Shown here: positions 22,585 through 35,568 of the stretch, in pieces | Layout: each line of letters begins with the position of its first letter | Numbering within the stretch: the stretch's first letter is position 1 | NCBI GenBank assembly: GCA_051313645.2 | Contig: JBNRSN020000007.1 | Span: 237,770,001 to 237,834,000, forward strand | DNA length: 64,000 bases | Reading direction: 5' to 3' | DNA from: Centroscyllium fabricii | Lineage: Eukaryota | Position numbers and translations under genes: made by a program | The notes under the pieces: generated by a model | What the model was told of the DNA's origin: nothing | What the model saw: only the letters and a program-made list of their open reading frames with translations | Databases searched by the model: none

Positions 22585-23665
22585 TTTTTTAAATTCTTTC
22601 ATGGGATGTGGGTGCCGTTGGCAAGGCCAACATTTATTGCCCATCCCTAATTGCCCTTGAGAAGGTGGTGGTGAGCCACCTTCTTAAATTGCTGCAGTCC
22701 ATGTGGTGAAGGTACTCCCACAGTGCTGTTAGGGAGGGAGTTCCAGGATTTTGATCAGTGACGATGAAGGAACAGCGATATATTTCCAAGTCAGGATGGT
22801 GTGTGACTTGGAGGGGAGCGTGGAGGTGGTGGTGTTCCCATGTGCCTGCTGCCCTTGTCCTTCTAGGTTGTAGAGGTCACAGATTTGGGAGGTGCTGCTG
22901 AAGAATCCTTAGCGAGTTGCTTCAGTGTATCTTGCAGATGGTACACTCTGCAGCCATAGTGCGCCGGTAGTGGAGGGAGTGAATGTTTAAGGTGGTGGAT
23001 GGGGTGCTAATCAAGCGGGCTGCTTTGTCCTGGATGCTGTCGAGCTTCTTGAGTGTTGTTGGAGCTGCACTCATCCAGGCAAGTGGAGAGTATTCCATCA
23101 CACTCCAGACTTGTGCCTTGCAGATGGTGGAAAGGCTTTGGGGAGTCAGGAGGTGAGACTCTGACCACAGAATACCCAGCCTCTGACCTACTCTTGTTGC
23201 CACAGTATTTATGTGGCTGGTCCAGTTAAATTTCTGGTCAATGGTGACCCCCCAGGATGTTGTTGGTGGGGGATTTGGCGATTGGATGTCAATTGGCGGT
23301 GGCTAAACTCTCACTTGTTGGGGATAGTCATTGCCTGGCACTTGTGTGGTGCAAATGTTACCTCGCCACTTATCAGCCCAAGCCTGAATGTCGTCCAGGT
23401 CTTGCTATGTGCGTGCATGGACTGTTTCGTTATCTGAGGAGTTGAGAGTGGAACGGAACACTGCAAACATCAGTGAACATCCCCACTTCTGACTTATGTT
23501 GGAGGGAAGCAGCTGAAGATGGTTGGGCCTAGGACACTGCCCTGGGGAACTCCTGTAGCGATGTCCTGGGGCTGAGATGATTCATCTCCAACCACCACAT
23601 CCATCTTCCTTTTTGCTAGGTATGACTCGAGCCAGTGGAGAGATTTCCCCCTGATTCCCATTTGA
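22585..23665 (-). mobile_element. 3' fragment of the CR1/L2-group LINE family of 3799-6846
   Basis: Direct homology to 3820-4845 ([28 protein letters not shown]). Confidence 0.88.
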
Positions 23666-23959
23666 TTCCTAAAGATTATAATGTAGGACAATCTGTAGCC
23701 ATTGATCTGCATCCCAGCAAGAGGTGAAGAAAGACATGGTGCAAAGATATTTGTCGAGGGTTTGAAACAAAGGACTGTATTGATGTTTTCACCCACACTA
23801 GAGTACCTTGAAGTAGGCTAGTGAAAAAGTTATAGGTTCATGAAAAGTGTAAAACCGAAGCTGTGGGTTGCGTTGTAAAGCTAGGAGGTTGTTGTCGAGT
23901 GTTATGGGACAGCTGTGTGATGATGAGCGATTTATCCGCATGTCTGTCTCTCTTTTCAG

Positions 23960-24117
23960 GAATGGGAGTGGAGGTTGTGGCAACACTGGCTGGAGCTGCC
24001 ATTCAGGGTCAGATTGTGGGAGCATATCACACACAAACTGCAGAAGCCTGCCGTATGATCCAGAATGGGACAGCGCTCAACAACACCTCTCCATTGGTAA
24101 ACAGCCTCAATAACACG
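23960..24117 (+). CDS. MFSD2A-like: MFSD2-family exon ((R)MGVEVVATLAGAAIQGQIVGAYHTQTAEACRMIQNGTALNNTSPLVNSLNNT)
   Basis: ttttcag acceptor, gtcagt donor, 158 nt, phase 1 to 0; AIQGQIVG motif, extracellular Cys and NxT sequons as in MFSD2A. Confidence 0.93.
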
Positions 24118-24613
24118 GTCAGTGCTGCTCATTGAGTGACCTCACTACTGTCTTTGGTGTATTACAGGTTATTTTGTCTTGGCTGTATTCAGAGATGGGC
24201 GGATATCACTGTAGGTTGAGTTCAGTGCTGAAATAAGTTACGAATAAAAATTTCCTGAAACCAGCATTGCTCTTTTTGAATCAACAACTTGCATTTATAT
24301 AGCACCTTTAACATAGGAAAACATCCCAGGGCGCTTCACAGGAGCGTAATTAGACAAAAAGTGATCCAGCAGGAGACTGCATGTTTGAATTCCAGTAGAA
24401 CCAACACTCTGATCTGCATGCCAAACCCATACAATGTTTTTCTTCCTCTGCTACCACTGGGATATCCTCTGATGTAATGCAACCTAAGAAAAGGACACGG
24501 GGGGATTTTCCTGGAGGTGCGGGAACCTGGCGGCGATTGGTCGGGGCAGGTTGCTGACCTGCCCCACCAAGGGCCTGGGAAGCCCACGCTATTTTCGCCT
24601 AATCACTCAATTA

Positions 24614-27600
24614 GGGAGGAAAGCGGGGTGGAGGAGTGGCACTGTTAATCAAAGACAACGTAACAGCTGCAGAAAGGCAGTTCGAGGGGGACATGCCTAC
24701 TGAGGTAATATGGGCTACGGTAAGAAATAAGAAAGGGGCGGTCACGTTGTTGGGAGTTTTCTATAGGCCCCCAAATAGTAATAGAGATGTGGAGGAGGAA
24801 ATTGCAAAGCAGATTATGGATAGGTGTGGGGGGCATAGGGTAGTTGTCATGGGGTACTTTAACTTTCCAAATATTGACTGGAATCTTTATAGGTCAAATA
24901 GTTTGGATGGGGAAGTTTTTGTACAGTGCGTGCAGGAGGGTTTCCTGACTCAGTATGTGGATGGACCGACAAGGGGTGGGGCAACTTTGGATTTGGTATT
25001 GGGTAATGAACCGGGCCAAGTGTTGGATTTGGTTGTGGGAGAGCACTTTGGTGATGGTGACCACAATTTAGTTACTTTCACTATAGCAATGGAGAGGGAC
25101 AGGAACATACGGCAGGGCAAGGTTTATAATTGGCGGAGGGGTAATTATGATACGATTAGGCAAGAATTAGGGAGCATTGGATGGGAACAGGAACTTGCTG
25201 GGAAAGGCACGGACAAAAAATGGAGCTTGTTCAAGGAACAAATACTGCGTGTCCTAGATAGGCATGTCCCTGTCAGGCTGGGAGGAAATGGTAGAGCGAG
25301 GGAACCGTGGTACACAAAGGAGGTCGAAAGTCTAGTCAAAAGGAAAAAGGAAGTGTATGTAAAGATGAGGAAACAAGGTTCAGCAGGGGCACGCGAGGAC
25401 TACAAGGTAGCAAGGACTGAGCTAAAAAATGGGCTGAGGAGAGCTAGGAGGGGGCATGAGAAGTCCTTAGCGGGTCAGATCAAGGAGAACCCTAAGGCTT
25501 TTTATTCTTACGTAAGGAATAAAAGAATGCCCAGGGTAAGGGTAGGGCCGGTCAACGACAGTGGGGGAATTTGTGCATGGAGTCAGAAGAGATAGGAGAG
25601 GCTTTGAATTAGTACTTTTCGTCCGTGTTCACCAGGGAGAGGGGCCGTGGATTGGAGGATGAGAGTGGGATACAGGTGGATAGGATGAATGAGGTAAATA
25701 TTCAAAGGGAAGAGGTACAGTCAATCTTGAATAAGCTGAGGGTCGATAAGTCCCATGGGCCAGATGGGATATACCCTAGGATTCTTTGGGAGGCAAGGGA
25801 TGAGATTGCAGAGCCCTTGGCGTTGATCTTTGGATCCTCGCTATCCACGGGGATAGTGCCTGAGGACTGGAGAGTGGCGAATGTGGTTCCTCTGTTCAAG
25901 AAGGGTAATATAAATGATCCTGGTAACTATAGACTGGTTAGTCTTACTCCAGTGGTCGGTAAGGTAATGGAAAAGGTCCTGAGGGATAGGATTCATGACC
26001 ATTTGGAAAGGGGTAACGTAATCCGGAATAGTCAACACGGATTCGTGAAGGGTAAATTGTGCCTAACAAATTTGATTGAATTCTTTGAGGAGGTAACTAA
26101 GTGTGTAGATGAAGATAAGGCAGTTGATGTCGTGTACATGGATTTTAGTAAGGCATTTGATAAGGTTCCCCATGGACGGCTCATGATGAAAGTAAGGAGT
26201 TGTGGGATAGAGGGAAATTTAACCAAGTGGATAAGTAACTGGCTATCTCATAGAAGGCAGAGGGTGGTGGTGGATGGAAAATACTCGGGCTGGAGACCAG
26301 TCACCAGAGGTGTGCCACAGGGGTCAGTGCTGGGTCCTCTGCTATTTGTGATCTTTATCAATGACTTGGAGGAGGGGGCTGAAGGGTGGGTCAGTAAATT
26401 TGCGGATGACACCAAGATAGGTGGAGTAGTGGATGAGGTGGAGGGAAGTAATAGGCTGCAGAGAGACATTGACAGGATGCAGAGCTGGGCCGAAAAGTGG
26501 CAGATGGAGTTTAACCCTGACAAGTGCGAGGTGATTCATTTTGGGAGGACAAATATGAATACTGAGTACAACCTGGCACTGGCGAAGGCAGCTGTCCCTA
26601 CCTGCTTCAAGACCGCCACCATCATCCCTGTGCCCAAGAAAACGTCCGTGACGTGCCTGAACGACTACCGCCCTGTCGCACTCACACCCATAATCATGAA
26701 GTGTTTCGAGCGGCTGGTCCTGGCCCACATCAAAGCCAGCATCCCCGCCGCCCTGGACCAATACCAGTTCGCCTATCGAGGAAACAGATCAACGGAAGAT
26801 GCAATCACCACGGCTCTTCACTCTGCACTAAACCACCTGGATAGCAAAGACACATATATCAGAATGCTGTTTATTGACTACAGATCAGCATTCAACACTA
26901 TCGTCCCCAGCAAGTTGTCTACCAAACTCCTCTCCCTCGACCTGAACACCTCCCTCTGCAACTGGACCCTGGACTTCCTAACCAACAGAACACACTCTGT
27001 GAAGTTAGGCAACCTCACCTCTCGCCCCCCGCCCCCTTACCCGGAACACGGGGGCCCCACAAGGCTGTGTGCTCAGCCCCCTCCTCTACTCACTCTTCAC
27101 CCGCGGCTGTCCACGGCTGCAACACAATCATCAAGTTTGCGGACGACACAACGGTGGTTGGCCAGATCACCAACAACGATGAGTCAGCCTACAGGGATGA
27201 GATTCAGCGCCTTGTGGGATGGTGTGCCGATAACAACCTGGCACTGAACACCAAGAAAACCAAGGAGATCATAGTGGACTTCCGGAAGACTAAAAGCAGA
27301 AGACACCCCCTCATCTTCATCCAAGGGGCTGAGGTGGAAAGGGTGTCCAGCTTCAAGTTCCTCGGGGTCCACATCTCGGAAGACCTCTCCTGGTCACTAA
27401 ACACCTCCTCTCTGATTAAGAAGGCCCAACAGCGCCTGTACTTCCTAAGGAAGCTGAAAAAAGCCAAGCTGTCATCCGGCATCCTCACCAACTTCTACCG
27501 TTGCACAATCGAAAGCATACTGACAAGCTGCATCACAGTCTGGTATGGAAACTGCACCATCTCGGACCAGAAGGCCCTGCAGCGGGCAGTCAAAACTGCC

Positions 27601-28690
27601 CAACGAATCACCGGCACCCAGCTGCCGTCAATCGAACGCACCTACCTCAAACGTTGCCTACGGAGGTCTCTGAACATTATTAAAGACCCCACACACCCCA
27701 GCCACAGTCTGTTCGCCCCCCTGCCCTCCAGGAGATGCTACAGTTCAATCCGCACCCGCACGACCAGATTCAAGAACAGCTTCTTCCCCAGGGCTGTCAG
27801 TCTCCTGAACTCTAACAAAAAACTCCAGTATCTGCACACCTGAAATGTACTTTATTGTATGAAATTGTATGTAACTTATTTGCACTACTCTCTGGAGCGG
27901 CGAGTCTTCGTTTCGTTGTATTGTACTTGTACTCTGCAATGACAATAAAACTTGAATTGAATTAAGGGTCAGCGGCAAGGTTCTGAAGAATGTGGAGGAA
28001 CAAGGGATCTTGGGGTTCATATCCATAAATCACTGAAGGTTGCCACTCAAGTGGATAAAGCTGCAAAGAAGGCCTATAGTGTGTTGGCATTTGTTAACAA
28101 GGGATTTGAGTTTAAGAACCGTGGGGTTATGCTGCAACTGTACAGGTCCCTGGTGAGACCACACTTGGAATATTGTGTGCAGTTCTGGGCACCTCACTAT
28201 AGGAAGGATGTGGAGGCATTGGAAAGAGTGCAGAGGAGATTTACCAGGATGCTGCCTGGTTTGGGGGGTAGGTCTTATGAAGAGAGGTTGCGGGAGCTGG
28301 GGCTCTACTCTTTGGAGCGAAGGAGGTTGAGAGGCGACTTAATAGAGGTTTATATGATGATGAAGGGGATGGATAGAGTGGACGTTCAGAGGCTATTTAC
28401 TCAGGTGGGTGTAACGGTTACAAGAGGGCATAACGATATGATACATGGTGGAAGATTTAGGAAGGATGTCAGAGGCAGATTCTTTACCCAGAGAGTGGTC
28501 GGGGTGTGGAATGGACTGCCTGCTGAAATAGTGGAGTCGGACAATTTGGGAGCCTTCAAAAGGTTATTGGATAGGTATATGGAGCGCAATGAAGGTTAGC
28601 GGGGTGGATAGCAGTATTTCATATCGGACCATGCTCGGCACTACATTGAGGGCCAAAGGGCCTGTACTGTGCTGTATTGTGCTATGTTCT
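24614..28690 (+). mobile_element. 5'-truncated CR1/HER1-like LINE interrupted by Rex1
   Basis: EN/RT ORF pieces at 24636-26570 and 28051-28599; TSD AATTA (24609-24613, 28691-28695). Confidence 0.9.
26570..27962 (+). mobile_element. 5'-truncated Rex1/Babar LINE
   Basis: [66 protein letters not shown]; (TTGAA)n tail; C-rich composition distinct from the host CR1. Confidence 0.92.
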
Positions 28691-29875
28691 AATTAAATCC
28701 CTGCGTGCAGGGTGCCTCTGGTAAGTGCAGCAGTCCAGTCGCCAATTACGGCGCTGAAACGGCATTGCAGGTGCCTGTCAGGCAGATGCGGGAGCTGTTT
28801 GTTTACAGTTCCCATGGAAACACTCCACTGTGACATCACAGCGGAGTGGAACCAATTGGAGAAGCCAAGTGCTGTTGAGTGACAGGTGGGCAGGCGGGCT
28901 TCAAATCTTTTGACAGCTAGCCGGGGACTGTCAGTCGAGCTGGGAAGGTAGGTTTTTGCCCACAGCTGGTGCTGAGACAAGGGAGTGACTTACTCTTCCA
29001 GGGTGTTGAAAGCCTGGGAAGCATTTTGCTCCAGGTCCTTCAACACCTTGAAGGAGAAAGTTAGCAACACCACTGTGATCCCGCTGGGTTTTCTCCACTG
29101 GGGTTTTAGGATGGCGGGGTTTGGGTGGGAAGGGGGTAAAAATGGCTAAGGGCCCTTAAAATGGCATTAAACATGCCAATTAAGGGCCCTTAATGAGCTG
29201 ACCGACCATCCCCGCCAGCGGGAAAGATTCGGGGCGGGGGGACAGGGCGGGGGAAAATGCTAAAGCGGCGGGGATCCGGTGGGGGGGGGTGGGGGCGGCC
29301 GCGACCCACCGGTTCTGCTATTTTTCCATCCGACCTGCCGAAAACCCCGACTCACGGAGAGATGAAAATCCCCCCCACTGTTTCCGGCTGCACCATGCAT
29401 TACTCCCATTTATCCACATTAAAATCCTATGTCCCAAAGTGCTGTTTGGTGCAGATCCTCTTGACCATCAAACTGTTTTCTACTTGGACCGCACAGTTTG
29501 GTGTTAAAGGGACAGGAGTAGGCCATTCAGCCTCTCGAGCCCGTTCCGCCATTCAGTGAGATCGTGGCTGATCTGTATCCTAACTCCATCCACCTGCCTT
29601 GGCTCCATATCCTTTTATACCCTTGTCTCGAAAAAGTCTATCGATCGCAGATTTAAAATTAATGGTTGAACTAGCATCTACTTTTTGTGGAAGAGTCCCA
29701 TACTTCTACCACCTTTTGTGTAAAGACGTGTTTCCGAACATCTCTCCCGACTGGTCTGGCTCCGATTTTTAAGGTTATGTCCCCTTGTCCGAGAGTCCCC
29801 CCACCTACGGAATAAATTTCTCTCTCTGCCCTATTCCTTTCAAAATCCTAAAATCTTCAATTAAATCACCCCTTA

Positions 29876-30207
29876 TGCCCCGGTTTCACTGGAGGCTAAG
29901 AATATCAAGAATATCAAGAATCGTCAAGTTTCGAAATTCGTGGCGATTCGGCAAAAAATGCGAAAATTCATGGTTAATTCTTGGCGATTCTTGGTTAATT
30001 CTTGGCGATTCTGGACAAGGTTACGAATCTATCATGAATTATTGTAGGAATGAGGTACGAATCACTTACGAATATGCAGAATTAAATTACGAATCCACTA
30101 CGAATCAACCACGAATCGTTTACGAATTGCAAGAATTACCCACGAATCGGACAAATTTCAGATTCGGGACGATCCGGCAATTCGTAGCCTCCAGTGAAAC
30201 CGGGGCA
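29876..30207. mobile_element. Harbinger-type MITE
   Basis: Perfect 23-bp TIR TGCCCCGGTTTCACTGGAGGCTA, TSD TTA, many internal CGAAT/AAGAAT repeats. Confidence 0.92.
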
Positions 30208-30787
30208 TTAAGCTTCTATATTCCAGGAAATACAAGTCTAGTTTATGTAATCTCTCCTCATAATCTAACCCTTGGAGTCCTGGTAGCTTTCTGGCAAATC
30301 TGTGCTATGCACCTTCTAAGGCCAATGTATCCTTTCTAAAGGCCCTGTCACACCTAGACGTTTTAGCCAGCCTATGCAAATGAGTCTAAAACGCTAAACT
30401 TTTGACACTTTGTTCAATTTTTGCGGTTTAGTAGCGTATTCATAACGTATGCCCAACGATAGTCTAACGTATGCATAGCGCGCGGCAGCGTATCGCCAAA
30501 GATCACGTGGTGTAGACTATTCAGAGGCTGCCATTGGACGATTCAAATCATACCACTACAGATTTAATAAAAGTTGAGCAAACTGTTGATGTTTGCTGAT
30601 TTTATTGCTTTAATATTTAAATCATTACAACAATAATTAACAATAATACATTCAATCACTTTGAAAAAGGTATAATAATATAATGTACATGTATATTGAA
30701 AAGTGGATAATTGAAAAAAAGGCTTTAAGATGTTCATTTCAGGAGGAAAGTCTCTTTATTGCCTGAACAATGCTGTAATACAAATAT

Positions 30788-31004
30788 CTAAATCATCCTA
30801 TCTTGCCACGGAACTGCGCCAGCTGTGGAGTTAACCCAGTGCTTGAGGAGATTCCTCTGTTTCCTTCCGTCCTTGGAGGCAGTGTTGGGGCCAGCAGCTG
30901 TCTGTGTATCCTCCAACTGATGTCCCTTTCGCCATGCTCCTGGAACAAGGTCGCGGTTCTCATTTTCTGCCTGGTCAAGCTGCTGGTTCTGCAGTCCTGG
31001 GTAC
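30788..31004 (-). CDS. Harbinger transposase exon 2 ((R)YPGLQNQQLD...PGAWR...NSTAGAVPWQDRMI*)
   Basis: ttccag acceptor after a 197-nt AT-rich intron; in frame; GAVPWQ C-terminal motif typical of Harbinger transposases; AATAAA at 30755-30760. Spliced product 435 aa. Confidence 0.88.
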
Positions 31005-31201
31005 CTGGAATTTGAATTTGATTTTATTTACTTATAAAGCGCACCTATAATGAAAACATATATTCTAATGCGCTGTACATTAAAAAGTAATATAATGATA
31101 CATGTAAAATTTAAATTAAATCATATAATGTTTATAAGCATAGGCTAAAAGTTAAATTTCATTGTATACTGTATAATATATGCTATGTAAACATTAATTA
31201 C

Positions 31202-32292
31202 CTGGTCCTCATGAGGTTGTGCAGGATCAAGCATGCTTTGACAATGAGCTTGACAGTGGAGGGGTGATGCTGCATGGTACTTAGCAGAACCTGGAATCTG
31301 TTAGCCAGGATGCCGAATGCATTTTCTACTACCCTTCTTGCTCGGCTAAGCCTGTAGTTGAAGATGCGTTCTTCATTCGTCATTCCACGGAGGCTGAATG
31401 GCTTCATCATGGTTGGTCGTAAGGCGAAGGCATCGTCACCGATGAAGAAGTAAGGCACGTCCTGGTTGTCGTAGGGAAGAGGCTCAGGGTCAGTGAAACC
31501 AAGGGTACCGTCTTCAGCGCATTGCTTTAGCTCAGAGCCATTGTATATCTGCGCATCTGATGCAGATCCAGTACCGCCGACATCTGCCCAAATAAATTTG
31601 TAGTCTGCATCTACAAGCGCCATCAGAACAATGGAGTAGAATCCTTTGTAATTGTAGTACTGTGACCCAGTCTTTGGAGGACAGCGGCAGGCCACGTGCT
31701 TCCCGTCAAGTGCCCCACATGTATGGGGAAAGTTCCATCTTTGGAAGAACTTGTCAGCTATGGCGCGCCAACCATCAGGAGTAGTTGGGCAAACCATCAC
31801 CTCATCCACGTATTCGTCAATAATGGCTTGACAGACTTCTCTGACCACTATGGACTGGGTGTTGTGAGGGACCCTCCATGCGAACTTCATCGAGGCATAC
31901 TTGTTTCCAGAGGCAAGGTGACGCAAAGTCAGTGCCAGCTTCATGCCAGGCTCAAGCGGATCCCTGTAGAAGGTGTACTGCTTGGTTATCCTTGGACCCA
32001 CTCTGGCTAGCAGCTCGTCGAACATCGCTGGGGGCATACGCAGGAAGTTGGTGAAGGATGCATGGTCCTCGTTACGGAGTTCCACCATGAGCTGGTCATA
32101 CATGCCAAACTGCCGTCGCCTCCCGATCCATGGTCTCACCCAGTTCCTTCTCCTCCGTTCAGCTAATCTTCTCTTGGCTCTTTTGGCACACCTCTGGTAC
32201 AGTGCAAAATCGAAGAGTGCTTGTTGATGTTGGAGGACAGCTAGTAGTAATTCTCGTCTTGCCGGATCCTCCATCTCTTGGATAATGGACAT
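31202..32292 (-). CDS. Harbinger DDE transposase (HARBI1/DDE_Tnp_4-like), exon 1
   Basis: FxNFLRM, LALTLRHLASG, catalytic GALDGKH / GDDAF / VVENAFGIL; TATAAAA at about 32344-32350 upstream; donor AG|GTAATT. The start Met at 32292 is inferred. Confidence 0.9.
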
Positions 32293-33060
32293 CTGCTCAC
32301 CATGGAGTCTGGAACACTGACTGGTTCCTCCTGTGAAACCCCTTTTTATATACCAAATTCCCAACGCTGCCAGTACGCCATTATACGTTAGCTGTAAGTT
32401 AGAAACACGTTCAGTAAGGTCTGTGGTCGTCTGCAAGACGTCAAATACGTCTACATACGTCAATATGTGTTGGAGATACGTTACGCATAAGTTCAAAGCA
32501 CGTTACTCATAGGTTAGACATAAGTTCCTGGAAAAATAGGCATTATCTCGACGTATTATGACGTATGACTAAAGTGTGTCAACGATCGCCTAACGTGCCT
32601 GCAACGTATGTTCAGCGTATGCTGAGCGTATAAAGAGTTACATTTATACGTCGTGATTTTTTGTGCATGCACAAAAAATCACGACTTAAACGACGTATAC
32701 AGCTTATGTCCAGCGTATGGCAACGTGCTCTTACCGTATGCATAACGTACCCATAACTTGTCCAACGTATACCAGCGTATCGGACAAATTTGCATACGCA
32801 AGCTAAAACGTCAAGGTGTGACAGGGCCTTAAGGTGCAGTGCCCAGAACTGTACACAGTACTCCAGATGTGACCTAACCATTGCTTTGTATAGCTGCAAC
32901 AAAACTTCTCCCCTTCATATTCTAGTCCTCTAGTTATAAAGGCTAAACTTCCATTGGTCTGCTTGATTATTACCCAAATACTACATTTTAGTGATCTATG
33001 TACGTGGATCCTTAAATTTCTTTGTATCTCCACTGTTCCTAGCTTTTCACTATTTAAATA

Positions 33061-33520
33061 CAGGTTGTGCACCGAAAATCCGTGACCCAAAATGCCGGCA
33101 GCTTCAGTCTGCCGGAACAAATTGCCCCGACTGCACTGCACATGCGCAAGATGGCAGCCGCGATCGTGGCTTCGGCGAATGATCTGCGCATGCGTCGCCG
33201 GACGGCTAGCGCATGCGCAGATCATTCAAAACGGCCGCCGGGCCTTCCGTGGCATCAGGGCGCGGCGGCTCGCGCCGCCTTTTGAATGTGCGAGTCCCGA
33301 GCGCCCGCCAAGGTGAAGCGCACATTTCCCGGAGCAGCCTGCTGGCCATCAGCTGAGACTCCACAAAGATGTTCGGCGGCCATTTCCAATGTTGTGCGCA
33401 TGCGCGCAGCCATTTTGCATGGTGCGCGCATGCGCACTGACCGACTTCATTCTGCCGGTTTTTTCACTTTCCCGGCACGGGCGGGACCAGGCCCGTGCCG
33501 GATTTCCGGTGCGCAACCTG
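33061..33520. mobile_element. Tigger/pogo-type MITE
   Basis: TIRs CAGGTTGTGCACCG / CGGTGCGCAACCTG, TA TSD, multiple GCGCATGCGC motifs. Confidence 0.9.
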
Positions 33521-34904
33521 TAATACGAAATAATATTTAAATAAATATAAATTTTGATCAAAAATGAATGAGATCTCACTTGCCTACATTGAAATCCATC
33601 ACTCATTTCACTCATTCATTTAAAGAGAAAATGTCATATTGCCAAAGTACCCTACGGTATATTTACAAATAGTGTGAATGGAAGACCCCAAACCGGTCCC
33701 TATGGAAATCCTCTAGTCACTCCTCTTATGTAGAATTTTTTATTTCTCATCATTGCCACCTGCTTCCTGCCAAGTCAGCTTTGAATCAGCAAGTTGATTT
33801 GCCAGTAATTCCATGAACAAGTCTCATGTGGAACTTAATCAAAGGCTATCTGAAAATCCAGGTAAATTCTAACTCCTGGATAACCCTCATTCACTCGTTT
33901 AGTTCCCTTCCCAAAGAATTCCAGCAGATTGATCAGTTATATTCTCTTGTTTCCATGATGACTGCTACTTATGAGTCTTCACGCTCATTAGATGCACATT
34001 GATAGGATCCACTATAATGTACTTTGGCATTTTCCCATTACGGTTGTTGGGTAACTGGTGAATAATTTTGGCTTTATGCCTCCTTCTTTTCTTGAATACA
34101 GTAATGGATAAGAAATAGGCCAAATAGTTAGTGGGAAACAGTGTGTATTTGTTAGATAATGATGGTGTGGGGGTGGGGTAGTTAGATGAGTGAAGTGTCC
34201 TAAAGTTTGGAGTTAGGACAACTACTGTTTCTAAATTATATTAACAATTTGGATTCAGAAGCTGAATGCAAACTGATCAAATTTACAGGTGACACTAAAC
34301 AAAGAGGGGACTTAACTCTGAAAAGTCATGTGGAGGTCAGTGGAATAATGGCAGATTAAATTTACTATAAAGTATTGTGCATAAGTAAATTGGGCAACGT
34401 CCATCCTCCATGAATGTTGAAATAAAGATGAATGTGAAAGACGTCTTGGGGGTTTTAGCAGACTTAACGCACAATGGGATTACATTTTCCAGGAGGCCTT
34501 TTGGATGCAAATCTGGAGTCAAGTAAAGCTTCCACTGCCCACCCCATGGATGTGCCTTAACCTAAATTCCAGGGTCCGAAGCAGTTGAATACTGTTAGTG
34601 GGGCGACTTCTCCATTTACAAAAGCAACTGGTGTGTCTGGCAGGAGGAAATTGATTATACAAACCAGCTCCAACATGCCAGCAGATGCCAAAAAAGCTTT
34701 AAACTGGTGGTTTCACTGCAGACCGATCTTTCAAAAGCAATTGATTGCCTTTTCTTTCACTTTTAAATCCCTTTTGTGAGCCTTGGCAATATGTGACACA
34801 GGCATCACTTGCTCTCGGTGTTGCTTAGGGTACAATTAAAGGAAATATGTCATATGATACATTTCCCTTTTATTTTTGACATCAATGGTACATTATCCAC
34901 CCAC

Positions 34905-35430
34905 AAATGTGATTGCTTTGGAGAGAGTACAGAAGAGCTTCACCGGAATGTTACCTGGGCTGGAGCACTTCAGCTATGAAGAAAGACTGGACAGGCTTGG
35001 GTTGTTTTCCTTGGAGCAGAGAAGGCTGAGGGGGGACCTGATTGAGGTGTACAAAATTATGAGGGGCATAGATAGGATAGATAGAAAGGAACGTTTTATC
35101 TTAGTAGAGGGATTCTATGATTTCTACGATAGAGGGGTCAATAATGAAGGGGCATAGTTTCAAGGTAAGGGGTAGGGGGATTTGAGGGGGAGCTTTTTCA
35201 CCCAGAGGGTGGTTGGAGTCTGGAACTCGCTGCCTGGAAGGGTGGTGGAGGCAGGAACCCTCACAATTTTTAAGAGGCATTTGGATGAGCACTTGAGATA
35301 CCATAACATACAAGGCTACGGACCAAGTGCTAGAAAATGGGATTGGAATAGAAAGGGTTTGATGGCCGTCACGGACATGATTGGCCGAAGGGCCTCTTTC
35401 TGTGCTGTATTACTCTATGACTCTATGACC
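34905..35430 (+). mobile_element. CR1 3' fragment
   Basis: ALERVQKSFTGMLPGL..GLFSLEQRRLRGDLIE; (CTATGACT)n tail. Confidence 0.85.
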
Positions 35431-35568
35431 TCTAAGTGAAAGAAATATTTTGATGGGCAGCAAAAGGGACCAAGATATAGTGTAACAACACAGATCCTAC
35501 CTGAATTTTTACACCTCCAGTCTAGATTACAGCATTTTTACCAACACCTCAGGAAATTATGAGCCATA

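Larger units (their letters stand above)
24499..29375. mobile_element. Harbinger-type MITE split by a 4-kb CR1 insertion
   Basis: TIRs GGGGGGATTTTC / GAAAATCCCCCC with CAC flanking both sides. Confidence 0.75.
30340..32829 (-). mobile_element. PIF/Harbinger DNA transposon with intact transposase
   Basis: TIRs AGGCCCTGTCACACC / GGTGTGACAGGGCCT, TSD TAA (30337-30339, 32830-32832), CGTA-rich subterminal repeats. Confidence 0.95.
29510..33600 (-). mobile_element. Degraded CR1 3' fragment carrying three DNA-transposon insertions
   Basis: Antisense CR1 tail and RT C-terminus (LQLYKAMVRSHLEYCVQFW), which rejoins when the inserts are removed. Confidence 0.8.

Noticed and set aside
29785-30339. 184-aa ORF with WLILGDS repeats
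   Set aside because: Reads through antisense CR1 and a repeat-rich MITE; no protein motif.
32293-32496. N-terminal extension of the 432-aa ORF call for the transposase
   Set aside because: Starts at a non-ATG codon in subterminal repeats upstream of the TATA box; the real start is more likely 32292 or the next Met.
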